From a virus, in IMG/VR virus record IMGVR_UViG_3300031414_000008, positions 96,001 to 160,000 of that record: DNA of 64,000 nt, one strand, 5' to 3'. The stretch's first letter is position 1, and each line of letters begins with the position of its first letter. This document shows positions 39,891-49,167 of this stretch, piece after piece. The notes under the pieces were generated by a model. It did no database searches. It was given only the letters and a program-made list of their open reading frames with translations, and was not told the DNA's origin. Made by a program: the position numbers and the translations under genes.

Positions 39891-40484
39891 ATGATTGCTC
39901 AGATTGAAACTTACAACGGTGAGTTTTTTAATTTAGATCCCAACGATTTCAGCGGGATCAACATCCACAACTTAGGCCACGCCCTGTCCGGCGTAAACCG
40001 TTTCAACTCTCACACGAACCGTATGTATTCAGTCGGTGAGCACTCGATTCACGTGGCGTCTCAGCTGCCACCTGAGTTACAATTAATCGGCCTGCTGCAC
40101 GACGGCTCTGAAGCTTACATTCAGGATATCCCGTCACCGTTCAAGCAATTCCTCCCGGACTATGCGGCGATGGAAGAGCTGATCCAGAACAAAGTGTACC
40201 GGGCGTTCGGCCTGGACCCTGAGTGGGTTCGGGGCGTGTACCCTGCAGTGAAGCGTATCGACTCAATGATGTGCCAGGTTGAAGCGACTCACCTGCTCCA
40301 CTCCGGTGGTGCGGGCTGGGCGGAAGACCACGGCCACCCGGGCATCTCGTGCCTGACCCCTGAACAAACGGAAGGTCTTTTTATGTGGGCCTACGTTCGA
40401 ATCACCAAGAAGCAGTACTTTACTGGGCCGCTGAGCCCGGAATACATTAAGACAATTGTTGGAGACACCAATGCAAGTAACTAA
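39891..40484 (+). CDS. HD-domain 5'-deoxynucleotidase (YfbR-like)
   Basis: RFNSH...YSVGEHS...LLHDGSEAYIQDIPSP. Confidence 0.85.
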   Translation: MIAQIETYNGEFFNLDPNDFSGINIHNLGHALSGVNRFNSHTNRMYSVGEHSIHVASQLPPELQLIGLLHDGSEAYIQDIPSPFKQFLPDYAAMEELIQNKVYRAFGLDPEWVRGVYPAVKRIDSMMCQVEATHLLHSGGAGWAEDHGHPGISCLTPEQTEGLFMWAYVRITKKQYFTGPLSPEYIKTIVGDTNASN

Positions 40485-42765
40485 GCGTGATGGCCGCCGT
40501 GAAGACTACCAATGGGAGAAGATCGAGAAGGTCATCTCATGGGCCGGTGAAGGCCTCGACGTTTCGACCTCCCAGGTTGAAGTGAACCTGAAGTTGCACA
40601 TGTACGATGGCATCCCGACTGCTGACGTGCACGGCGCCGTCGTGAAGACGATCGCTGACCTGATCTCTGCAGAAGAGCCTGACTACGCGAAGATGGCTGC
40701 CCGTGCGGATATCTTCGGCGTTCGCAAAGAGGTGTACGGCTCGTTCGAACCGATGCACTTCCCACTGTTCGTGAAGTCCATGGTCTCCCGTGGCCTGTAC
40801 GATGAAGCGATCCTCCGCGACTACGACGACTACGAGCTGGACGTCATGGCCGACGCGATCAACCACGGCCTGGACATGACTTACGAATACGCTGCCGTTC
40901 AGCAGCTGAAGGGTAAGTACCTGGTTCAGAACCGTGTGACTCATCAGCTGTACGAGTCCCCTCAGGCGGCCAACATGATGATCGCTGCGTGCCTGTTCTC
41001 TCGCTACGACAAAGCGATCCGCATGGACTACGTGAAGCGTTTCTACGACGCCCTGTCCACGTTCAAGATCTCCCTGCCGACGCCGATCATGGCCGGTATG
41101 CGTACGCCGACTCGCCAGTTCTCCTCGTGTGTCCTGATTGCCTCCGGGGACTCCCTGAAGTCGATCAACGCGGCGTCCTCTGCGATCGTTGAGTACGTCT
41201 CCCAGCGTGCAGGCATTGGCCTGGACATTTCACGTATCCGTGCGATCGGTTCTCCAATCCGTGGCGGTGAAGCGAACCACACTGGAGTCATCCCGTTCAT
41301 CAAGCTCTTCAAAGCGGCTGTGAAGTCCTGTTCTCAGGGTGGCGTACGTGGTGGTGCAGCGACCCTGTACTATCCGATCTGGCACTATGAAGTTGCAGAC
41401 CTCCTGGTCCTGAAGAACAACCGCGGGACTGAACAGAACCGTGAGCGTCACCTGGACTACGGCGTGCAGATCAACGGCTTCCTGTACAACCGTCTGCTGA
41501 CACAGGGCAAGATCTCTTGCTTCTCTCCGCATGACGTCCCGGGCCTGCTGGATGCGTTCTACGCTGACCAGAAAGAGTTCGCCCGTCTGTACGAGATCTA
41601 CGAAGCAGACGAGTCGATCCGCCGCAACACGTACTCCGCCCAGGAGCTGTTCCTGACGCTGGTCTCTGAGCGTTCCGGTACCGGTCGTATCTACGTGCAG
41701 AACGTGGACCACTGCAACACCCACGGTCCGTTCAATCCGAAGGTTGCTCCGGTTCGTCAGTCTAACCTGTGTGCTGAGATTGCTCTGCCGTCTAAGCCGC
41801 TGATTAACATTGAGAATCCGGAAGGTGAGATCGCTCTGTGTACACTGTCCGCCTTCAACCTCGGCGTTCTGTCCCTGGATGAGATCCCTGAGATGGCAGA
41901 CCTGATGGTGCGTGCTCTGGATGAACTGCTGGACTACCAGGACTACCCTGTCCCGGCGGCAGAGAAGTCCACGATGTACCGCCGTCCGTTGGGCGTGGGC
42001 GTGATCAACTACGCGTACTGGCTGGCGAAGCAAGGCCTGAAGTACTCCGACGGCTCTGCGAACAACGCCACACACCGCCTCTTCGAGAAGATCCAGTACT
42101 CCCTGATGTGGGCGTCGGTGAACCTCGCTAAGGAGAAGGGTGCATGCCCAGGCTTCCACGAGACGAAGATGGCTCAGGGTATTCTTCCGATCGACACGTA
42201 CAAGCGTGACGTTGACGCCGTCGTCGACAACCGTCTGTACTGCGACTGGGAGTCTCTGCGTGCGGCAATCAAAGAGCACGGCGTCCGTAACTCTACCGTC
42301 TCCGCTCTGATGCCGTCCGAGACCTCCTCTCAGATCTCCAACGCCACCAACGGTATCGAACCGCCACGTGGTCTGGTCTCTGTGAAGCAGTCGAAGGATG
42401 GCGTGCTGAAGCAAGTCGTTCCGGAAATCGAGCGTCTCGCCGATGCGTACGAGCTCCTGTGGGATATGCCTAGCAACACCGGCTACATCCAGCTCGTGGG
42501 TATCATGCAGAAGTTCATCGATCAGACGATCTCTGCGAACACCAACTACGATCCAGCGAAGTTCCCGAACGGTAAAGTGCCGGCGATGGTGGTCCTGAAG
42601 GACTTGATCGACGGTTACAAGCTGGGCGTGAAGACCTGGTACTACCACAACACCCGCGACGGCTCCGACGACGGCACTACCTCCGGTAACCCAGAGTCTG
42701 GTGCTCCAGCGATCCTACCACCGATTGAGGACGATGGCTGCGAAAGCGGCGCGTGCAAGATCTAA
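40471..42765 (+). CDS. nrdA: ribonucleotide reductase class Ia alpha subunit
   Basis: ATP cone, FSSCV, SNLCAE, CTL, PSETSS, C-terminal CESGACKI. Confidence 0.97.
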   Translation: MQVTKRDGRREDYQWEKIEKVISWAGEGLDVSTSQVEVNLKLHMYDGIPTADVHGAVVKTIADLISAEEPDYAKMAARADIFGVRKEVYGSFEPMHFPLFVKSMVSRGLYDEAILRDYDDYELDVMADAINHGLDMTYEYAAVQQLKGKYLVQNRVTHQLYESPQAANMMIAACLFSRYDKAIRMDYVKRFYDALSTFKISLPTPIMAGMRTPTRQFSSCVLIASGDSLKSINAASSAIVEYVSQRAGIGLDISRIRAIGSPIRGGEANHTGVIPFIKLFKAAVKSCSQGGVRGGAATLYYPIWHYEVADLLVLKNNRGTEQNRERHLDYGVQINGFLYNRLLTQGKISCFSPHDVPGLLDAFYADQKEFARLYEIYEADESIRRNTYSAQELFLTLVSERSGTGRIYVQNVDHCNTHGPFNPKVAPVRQSNLCAEIALPSKPLINIENPEGEIALCTLSAFNLGVLSLDEIPEMADLMVRALDELLDYQDYPVPAAEKSTMYRRPLGVGVINYAYWLAKQGLKYSDGSANNATHRLFEKIQYSLMWASVNLAKEKGACPGFHETKMAQGILPIDTYKRDVDAVVDNRLYCDWESLRAAIKEHGVRNSTVSALMPSETSSQISNATNGIEPPRGLVSVKQSKDGVLKQVVPEIERLADAYELLWDMPSNTGYIQLVGIMQKFIDQTISANTNYDPAKFPNGKVPAMVVLKDLIDGYKLGVKTWYYHNTRDGSDDGTTSGNPESGAPAILPPIEDDGCESGACKI

Positions 42766-42767
42766 CA

Positions 42768-42792
42768 GAGGGCCCTCCGGGGCCCTTTCTCT
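42768..42792 (+). terminator. intrinsic terminator
   Basis: AGGGCCC-TCCG-GGGCCCT-TTCT. Confidence 0.7.
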
Positions 42793-42802
42793 TGGAGGCA
42801 AT

Positions 42803-43075
42803 ATGGGTTTACCTGTCACAATTTACCATCGTCCGAACGGTCGGCAAGAGAACATCATCTGCAATAACATCAACGATGACGATGCTCAGTGGTTCCAGGA
42901 CCACAACGTTAAAGTCTCGATGGAAGAATCCGGTTCCGGCGGTCACATCCTCTATGCCGATTACGGTGCGGCGGATGAAGACGGCGAGCCGGATGAGGTT
43001 ATCGTCGTGACTCACCGTTCGTGTGAGGAAGCGATGGCGGAACTCCGTCGATTGACTGAAAAAGCTATGGCCTAA
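42803..43075 (+). CDS. hypothetical protein
   Basis: GGAGG RBS. Confidence 0.7.
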   Translation: MGLPVTIYHRPNGRQENIICNNINDDDAQWFQDHNVKVSMEESGSGGHILYADYGAADEDGEPDEVIVVTHRSCEEAMAELRRLTEKAMA

Positions 43076-43077
43076 CC

Positions 43078-43362
43078 ATGCGTAAGTTTGAATTTAGTGA
43101 ACAAGAAGACCTGTTACATATCAGGCATGCGGCGAGGATCTACTTCCGCATTAAGAACTACAACGAGCCCCGCTTCAAGTCCGTGACTGACGAGAAGATC
43201 GAGGTAATCGTGGATCCGGAGACGATTCTGGTAGTCTCGGCGATCGGAGATGATGTATACTGCCACTTCCGCAACGCACAGACTGGTAAGTGCAGCGTCA
43301 ACTTCAATAACCCGGCGCTTGCCGTGGTGAGCTATAAACGAGGAATAACCTATGCCATTTAA
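43078..43362 (+). CDS. hypothetical protein
   Basis: 94 aa within the operon. Confidence 0.65.
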   Translation: MRKFEFSEQEDLLHIRHAARIYFRIKNYNEPRFKSVTDEKIEVIVDPETILVVSAIGDDVYCHFRNAQTGKCSVNFNNPALAVVSYKRGITYAI

Positions 43363-43975
43363 CAAAGTTCATGAAATCCAGGACGACGCTTCCGCGTATC
43401 CGTACATGGATAAAGTCCACTTGACCCGTGCCGGCTTGATGCTGAACACGCTGGACAAGTGCATCGCTGTACCGTTGTCCGATGATGACGTGAACCGTCT
43501 CGGGGAGCTGCCGGTCAGTAGCACCCTGTCGATCGAAGCCGCTCGTGAGCTCGGTCCTGTACTCCTGCAGTTCGAAGGTCAGCGCGACGAAGCCGGTCGT
43601 TTCATTATCGGTGTCCTGATGGTGCCGATGAACGAGGTCGACCAGATCCACTGCTACCCGTACTCCAACAACAACGAACAGCACAAGATGTGGCCGTACG
43701 ACAAGCACTTCATGATTTCCAACCTGGGCGACCTGGCGGACATCAAAGTGCAGGCCCGCAACACTCACCCGCTGGCTGCTGAAGCTGAGCTGGATGAGAA
43801 GGGTAAGGCTCACATGTCGGCGCTGTCGGCGATCGTTGTGAAGTTCCTGTTCGCTGTTCAGCAAGATTCCCTGCATCTCATCCAGGAGACCAAGGATTAC
43901 ACCAAGCTGAACAAGAAGCGTAAAGACGCGAAGAAAAACCTGATCAAACCTGACTACCTTCCGGAGTGGAAATGA
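43352..43975 (+). CDS. hypothetical protein
   Basis: GAGGA RBS. Confidence 0.7.
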   Translation: MPFNKVHEIQDDASAYPYMDKVHLTRAGLMLNTLDKCIAVPLSDDDVNRLGELPVSSTLSIEAARELGPVLLQFEGQRDEAGRFIIGVLMVPMNEVDQIHCYPYSNNNEQHKMWPYDKHFMISNLGDLADIKVQARNTHPLAAEAELDEKGKAHMSALSAIVVKFLFAVQQDSLHLIQETKDYTKLNKKRKDAKKNLIKPDYLPEWK

Positions 43976-44499
43976 ACTATAACGCATACCGTGAATTAAT
44001 CCTTGGCTGGGCCCGTGACCGTAACCTGATCGAAGGATCTACTCCGGAAAAACAACTGGATAAACTCTTCGAAGAAGTAGGTGAGTATGCCGGCTCCTCC
44101 GCTCGCTCCAGCGTTCCGGAAAAACGTGAAGAGATGCTCGTGAAGATGCAGGACGGCCTGGGTGATGTCTTCGTAGTGGCCTGCATCATGGCCGAACAGA
44201 TGGGTGTCGAACTGAACTTCGATGAAATGGAAGAGTACACCGAAGAAGGCCGTAACGGCGTGATGTACTTGACCATGGGCTGCCTGGCAGGTCTGGTCGA
44301 AGCAGAACACCAAGGCATCAACGATACCTCGCTGGCTGACTTCCCTGAACACTTCTACTTCGCCGTAGCGACTGCCGCGGCAGTGGCCAAGCGTAATGGT
44401 TTCGACTTCCTGGAGTGCATTGACATGGCCTGGAACGAGATCAAAGATCGTAAAGGCCGCATGGTTGACGGCGTGTTCGTGAAGGAGGCGGATCTGTGA
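43972..44499 (+). CDS. MazG-like nucleotide pyrophosphohydrolase
   Basis: WARDRNLI...KLFEEVGE...DGLGDVFV...AWNEIKDRKG. Confidence 0.85.
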   Translation: MNYNAYRELILGWARDRNLIEGSTPEKQLDKLFEEVGEYAGSSARSSVPEKREEMLVKMQDGLGDVFVVACIMAEQMGVELNFDEMEEYTEEGRNGVMYLTMGCLAGLVEAEHQGINDTSLADFPEHFYFAVATAAAVAKRNGFDFLECIDMAWNEIKDRKGRMVDGVFVKEADL

Positions 44500-45686
44500 G
44501 TTTCTCCACCTTTACTCAGCAAGACGTTAACCACCTGACGGAGCCGATGTTCTTCGGTCACGGTCTGAACGTTGCCCGCTACGACCTGCTGAAGTATCCG
44601 CACGTGGACGAGCAGTTCACGCAGAAAGAGCTGGGCTTCTTCTGGCGTCCGGAAGAGGTTGACGTGTCCAAGGACCGCATCGACTTCCAGGCCCTGCCGG
44701 CGAACGAGAAGCACATCTTCACATCCAACCTGAAGTACCAGACGCTGCTCGACTCCATCCAGGGTCGTGGCCTGTCTCAGGCGTTCGGCAAGATCATCAC
44801 CCTTCCGGAAATGGAGGCATGGTTCAAGGCGTGGGAATTCTTCGAGGGCATCCACTCTCGTTCCTACACCCACATCATCCGCAACCTGTATCCGGATCCA
44901 GGTGTGATCTTCGACGACATCGTGTTTAACGAGAACATCTCGGCCCGCACGCTGGACCTGACGGACAACTATGATCGTTTCATCAAAACGGTGGACATGT
45001 GGTCACTGTTCGGTGAGGGTGAATTCACAGTTACCCGTCCGTCCAGCAAAGTAGAACGTCTGCTGCTGCCGCCGGGTTCGCACACGATTAAGACTGTCGG
45101 TAAGATCGATGTGTCTATGCCTCAGATGATGGCCGATGCGTACTACCTGTTGGCTGACATCAACGTGCTGGAAGCGATCCGTTTCTACGTGTCGTTTGCC
45201 TGCTCGTTTGCGTTCAACGAACGTGGCCTGATGGAGGGCAACGCGAAGGTCATCAAGTTCATTCTGCGTGACGAAGCGCTGCACAAGACCTCTACGACCT
45301 GGATGCTGAACACCCTGGCGTCCGGTGCCGAAGGTCAAGAGTGGGCGAAGATCGCTCGTGAAGTGAAAACCCGCATCACCGCACTGTTTGCCTCTGCTGC
45401 AGAGCAGGAAATTCAGTGGGCGAAGTACCTGTTCAAAGACGGTGCGATGCCGGGCATCAACCTGGAAGTGATCACGAAGTACATCCAGTACATCGTTGAC
45501 CGCAACCTGGAGCTGCTCGGCCTGCCTCCGTACTACGGCGTGAAGAAGAACCCAATGCCGTGGATGAACACGTACACCAACTCTGACAACGTTCAAGTGG
45601 CCCCTCAGGAAGTCGAAGTGTCTTCCTACATTACGGCCGGCCTTGACGTGTCTGATCTCGGCGGTCTCAGCGGTCTCTCCCTGTAA
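44496..45686 (+). CDS. nrdB: ribonucleotide reductase class Ia beta subunit
   Basis: FFWRPEE, EGIHSRSY, LEAIRFYVSF, RDEALH, VAPQEVEVSSY. Confidence 0.97.
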   Translation: MSFSTFTQQDVNHLTEPMFFGHGLNVARYDLLKYPHVDEQFTQKELGFFWRPEEVDVSKDRIDFQALPANEKHIFTSNLKYQTLLDSIQGRGLSQAFGKIITLPEMEAWFKAWEFFEGIHSRSYTHIIRNLYPDPGVIFDDIVFNENISARTLDLTDNYDRFIKTVDMWSLFGEGEFTVTRPSSKVERLLLPPGSHTIKTVGKIDVSMPQMMADAYYLLADINVLEAIRFYVSFACSFAFNERGLMEGNAKVIKFILRDEALHKTSTTWMLNTLASGAEGQEWAKIAREVKTRITALFASAAEQEIQWAKYLFKDGAMPGINLEVITKYIQYIVDRNLELLGLPPYYGVKKNPMPWMNTYTNSDNVQVAPQEVEVSSYITAGLDVSDLGGLSGLSL

Positions 45687-45716
45687 CCGCTTCGGTCCAG
45701 GGACGGACCATTTACC

Positions 45717-45726
45717 GGTATAAGAA
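45717..45726 (+). promoter_or_regulatory. GGTATAAGAA promoter-like motif
   Basis: Followed by TAC-TGTAG. Confidence 0.7.
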
Positions 45727-45750
45727 TACTGTAGAGATAAAGGAGCACTT

Positions 45751-46305
45751 ATGTTTAACAAAGAAGTCTTGAACAACCGCCTCCAAAACGGTTGTCTTGC
45801 GGCTATCGGGACTGCACCGATAGTTGGTTTAGCGTCGTATAAAGTTCTCGAGGATCTCAAACTCGATCGTGACCTTGGCAAAATCGTCAAGTTCACCGTT
45901 CTCGTGTCTCTCATCTCTGGCTTAATTTGGTCTGCCTTCCCCGCCTCCCGCCGTAAGCCTTCAGAAACCGATGAAGAAGCTGTCCGTGAAGCCTTCGCTC
46001 CGAAGATGCTCATCACGATCAGTGAACACATCAAAGATGCTGAAGATGCCTACATCGTGAGCCTGCAGAAAGACCGTAAGGAAGCCGAAAAGAAATCCGG
46101 TGGCGTGGCGTACTTGGAGTCGCGTCGTGAGAGTTCATTCCCAGGGTATCGTAAAGATGACCCGCTTGATAAAGAACCGACGGTTGAGTATCGGAATCCC
46201 CTGCGGACCGGTGCCTTGAACACGTACCGTTCGTCCATCATGAACGATGAAACCTCCCGGGTAAACATTTCCACAGTACTGTTGGCTGATGACACTGATG
46301 ACTAA
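45751..46305 (+). CDS. membrane-anchored hypothetical protein
   Basis: AAGGAG RBS. Confidence 0.7.
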   Translation: MFNKEVLNNRLQNGCLAAIGTAPIVGLASYKVLEDLKLDRDLGKIVKFTVLVSLISGLIWSAFPASRRKPSETDEEAVREAFAPKMLITISEHIKDAEDAYIVSLQKDRKEAEKKSGGVAYLESRRESSFPGYRKDDPLDKEPTVEYRNPLRTGALNTYRSSIMNDETSRVNISTVLLADDTDD

Positions 46306-46654
46306 ATCAACTGTAACCCTCGAGCTCCGGGTCGTCGAGGGGACCCGAATCAAAGGTTGGGGCGAAGACGCTGTCTATGAATATAATCTTCGTCATGATA
46401 AACTGACCAGCGAATTGAAGTTCCGTTGTAAGCGTAAGGATCTTGAGGACATCCTCAAGGACATGGGAGCGAACCTTGACAAGTTCGACGACGTATCCGA
46501 AGTCTCAATGGTAGACGTGGGCGATGAACTGTCTCGCTCATCAACCGGTATGCCGCTCTCAGAGAGGGAACAGAAAGAATTATCTGGTATGCTGACACCA
46601 AGCAAACCCGTGAAGAATCAACCAAATACAGGCTTCAAGATCAAACTTAGTTGA
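46289..46654 (+). CDS. hypothetical protein
   Basis: 121 aa; start uncertain (46289 or 46298). Confidence 0.6.
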   Translation: MTLMTKSTVTLELRVVEGTRIKGWGEDAVYEYNLRHDKLTSELKFRCKRKDLEDILKDMGANLDKFDDVSEVSMVDVGDELSRSSTGMPLSEREQKELSGMLTPSKPVKNQPNTGFKIKLS

Positions 46655-46663
46655 TCTGTAGCC

Positions 46664-46694
46664 AAAAAACAGGAGATTGACTCTCCTGTTTTTT
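46664..46694. terminator. bidirectional terminator-like palindrome
   Basis: AAAAAACAGGAG-loop-CTCCTGTTTTTT. Confidence 0.7.
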
Positions 46695-46727
46695 ACCCCT
46701 AAAATGCCCATAAGAGGAGTCTTAACA

Positions 46728-47321
46728 ATGCCGAAACTTATCGTAGGAATTAACGGCCTTGCCCAGCACGGCAAGGATACCAGCGCTGCCTTCTTGCAGA
46801 ACTACCTGAAGATCTGTGGCTACTCGTGCGACATCATCGCCTTCGCCAAGCCGATCAAAGAGCTCTGCAAGTATGTCTTTGACATGACCGAAGAGGACGT
46901 GAACACGTCTGCCGGTAAGAAACGCGTCATGGAACACGCCTACGGCCTGACTTCTCGCCAGGTTCAGCAGAAAATGGGTACGGAAGCTTTCCGTGACGTT
47001 TTCGACCAGCGGATCTGGACTGATTTTTTCGCCCGAAGTGCAGCGAAATCCGAGGCTGACGTCATCGCGATCCCGGACATGCGTTTCGACAATGAGATCG
47101 ACTTCGTGAAGCTCCTGCCGACAACCCACGGCTGGTCGCACGCGACAGTGAAGGTCTTTAACCCTAATGTATCTGCCCAGGCGCCGGCCCACATCTCCGA
47201 AAAACCCCAACCCGATGACAAGTTTGATGCAATCATCCTGAACAACGGGACACTGGGAGACCTTCAATGTGCAGTCGAGCAATGGGCGGATGACAAAATC
47301 CTCCCGAGGCTCTATGCTTAA
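46728..47321 (+). CDS. deoxynucleoside monophosphate kinase (T4 gp1-like)
   Basis: GLAQHGKDT, FAKPIKE, QKMGTE, PDMRFDNE. Confidence 0.88.
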   Translation: MPKLIVGINGLAQHGKDTSAAFLQNYLKICGYSCDIIAFAKPIKELCKYVFDMTEEDVNTSAGKKRVMEHAYGLTSRQVQQKMGTEAFRDVFDQRIWTDFFARSAAKSEADVIAIPDMRFDNEIDFVKLLPTTHGWSHATVKVFNPNVSAQAPAHISEKPQPDDKFDAIILNNGTLGDLQCAVEQWADDKILPRLYA

Positions 47322-47835
47322 TATTACTAACCGGACGCCCCTCGCGGGCGTCAAACTCTTCGAAAGCTCCACGTACCCCGCCGATGGCATTGATCTGTAT
47401 TGGCGTGATAACTCGCCGATTATGTTCGAGATTTCCGATAATCCAGACCGCGGCCAAATGTACCAGAATTTTTTAGCCCACATTCAATCCAGTATCAAAC
47501 CCCTGAACGCCCAGTATTTCGAACACCAAGACCAATTCGTTATCGTCGCCGAGTTTCTGTTCTTCAAGTCCCACTTCTGGGCAACAGTAGACCGCGATAT
47601 CGTCACCCTCCATCGTACCAAACCGATCCTCCATGAAGAATTTGAAGAAAAACCTGAAGAGCTCAGCAAACTGCTATTTGAAGTGTTCTCCCTGAATGTC
47701 GAAGAAGCACTGCTTGCCACGAGTTTCTCGCCGGTGGACTTAGCCTGGCTGTTGGGGTTCTGGGGAAATGGGATAGGATTCTATCAGGAAGAGATCTGGA
47801 CAGCCGCCCTAAGACGGCTTCCGGTTACTTCTTAA
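47314..47835 (+). CDS. hypothetical protein
   Basis: GAGG RBS. Confidence 0.65.
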   Translation: MLNITNRTPLAGVKLFESSTYPADGIDLYWRDNSPIMFEISDNPDRGQMYQNFLAHIQSSIKPLNAQYFEHQDQFVIVAEFLFFKSHFWATVDRDIVTLHRTKPILHEEFEEKPEELSKLLFEVFSLNVEEALLATSFSPVDLAWLLGFWGNGIGFYQEEIWTAALRRLPVTS

Positions 47836-48328
47836 GTTTTGCCGGCACTACCGTCGGTGTCTTCACGGAACCGAAGTAGTAGCTGATGACCGTCATCCAT
47901 GCCGTGCTCAGGGAACCGAGCATGATGTTGACGATGTTCATGCTGTCTGCCGGGATTGGCACGAAGATCAGCATGAAGATAATTGCAAAGAGGCCACCCG
48001 TCACGACTGCTGCCAGTACGGCCGGTGTCCGGTCTCTTAGCGTCATCTCACGTTCCCGAGCGTTCGCGACGTCCTTTAGCAGAGCGTCATCGATGTTCAG
48101 GGCTGCGAGCGACTTCTTGAACTCTTCATCCAGAGCGATCAGCTTGGCCAACATCTCTGGGGTTTGAGCCCCGATCACTTCACTCAGTGCAGCGTCCGCG
48201 TCTTCTACCGGTCCTTCAACCAGTCTCCCGACGAGGAACGCCACCGCCACCCCGGACAGCGGGCCCTGGAGCACGTGCCCCAGAGTCGGTGCGATCCGTG
48301 TAACGAAGGCCTTCCAATCAAAGTTCAT
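47825..48328 (-). CDS. holin-like membrane protein
   Basis: IAPTLG...GPL N-terminus; two C-terminal TM helices ending YYFGS. Confidence 0.6.
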   Translation of the reverse strand: MNFDWKAFVTRIAPTLGHVLQGPLSGVAVAFLVGRLVEGPVEDADAALSEVIGAQTPEMLAKLIALDEEFKKSLAALNIDDALLKDVANAREREMTLRDRTPAVLAAVVTGGLFAIIFMLIFVPIPADSMNIVNIMLGSLSTAWMTVISYYFGSVKTPTVVPAKLKK

Positions 48329-48680
48329 ATTCCTCGACCTCGTCTGCAGAATCCGCAGAGTACTGATCGACTAACATCTTGAAGGTCTCCTTCATGTGAT
48401 TGGCGGCGTTGATCTGATCCCGCGGCGAGTCGGCCTTGACCAGACCCTCACGGTACAGCGTGTAGCGGGACCCGAAGTTCGACTTCTTGTCCGGGTTGTA
48501 CACTTTCAACTTGGCCATATCCTTCGGAAGAGCGATCCCGACGTAGTCCGCCAGTCCTCCCTTGTCGTCCTTTTCGTAAATGAAGATCTCGGCGGGGAGA
48601 TCACTCCCCTCCTTGACCGTTCCTAGCACCTCGTACTTCCCTGCACGAAAGCGTGTCGAGATCACGAGCGTATTAGGCAT
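48318..48680 (-). CDS. hypothetical virion-module protein
   Basis: Coupled gene in the structural operon. Confidence 0.65.
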   Translation of the reverse strand: MPNTLVISTRFRAGKYEVLGTVKEGSDLPAEIFIYEKDDKGGLADYVGIALPKDMAKLKVYNPDKKSNFGSRYTLYREGLVKADSPRDQINAANHMKETFKMLVDQYSADSADEVEEYEL

Positions 48681-49167
48681 ACAGGATTCTCCACCAGAAT
48701 TGCAGTGAGAAGGAGTCTACCTTCGGTACACTGCGGAACGTCTTGATGTTGAACATATCGCCGGACTGCTTAAAGAGCCCCACTTCGGAGATGTTCTCAC
48801 CGTTCGCTTCATCCGGACCGAGCACGAAGTCGACCGTGATGTAGTCCTGAGGGTCGGTGATGGCCGACGGAATGATACTCAGGTTACGGTTGTACGTGGT
48901 GATCGGTGAGTACAGGTCGTTCAGCGTCGGATCTGGGCGCTTAGGCTTGCGGCCCAACGTGTCGTACGTACCGCCGTTCCCGATCTTGAAGGAGTCGATC
49001 AGGTTCGGCTTCGCGTCTTTATCCCAGAGGAAGCTCAGGTGCTCACGCTTCGCGGCACGGACGATCAGGTTCTTCTCCTCGACGAGGCGCTCGCGGCGCC
49101 CGTCATTCCACACTCGGTCGACGATCAGGAACCCGTCCAGTACGTCTTTCTTGTCACTCAGTTTCAT
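48673..49167 (-). CDS. tail-collar/baseplate-associated protein
   Basis: KNLIV...IGNGG...EANGENISEVGLF. Confidence 0.6.
   Translation of the reverse strand: MKLSDKKDVLDGFLIVDRVWNDGRRERLVEEKNLIVRAAKREHLSFLWDKDAKPNLIDSFKIGNGGTYDTLGRKPKRPDPTLNDLYSPITTYNRNLSIIPSAITDPQDYITVDFVLGPDEANGENISEVGLFKQSGDMFNIKTFRSVPKVDSFSLQFWWRILYA

Noticed and set aside
41230-42648. 472-aa - strand ORF and similar long antisense ORFs (e.g. 43304-43987, 45003-46034, 28161-28901, 62645-63316)
   Set aside because: These are shadow frames of strongly supported genes on the other strand, expected from codon bias.
40471-45686. Introns or inteins in nrdA/nrdB
   Set aside because: Both frames are continuous and of normal length, with no intein motifs.
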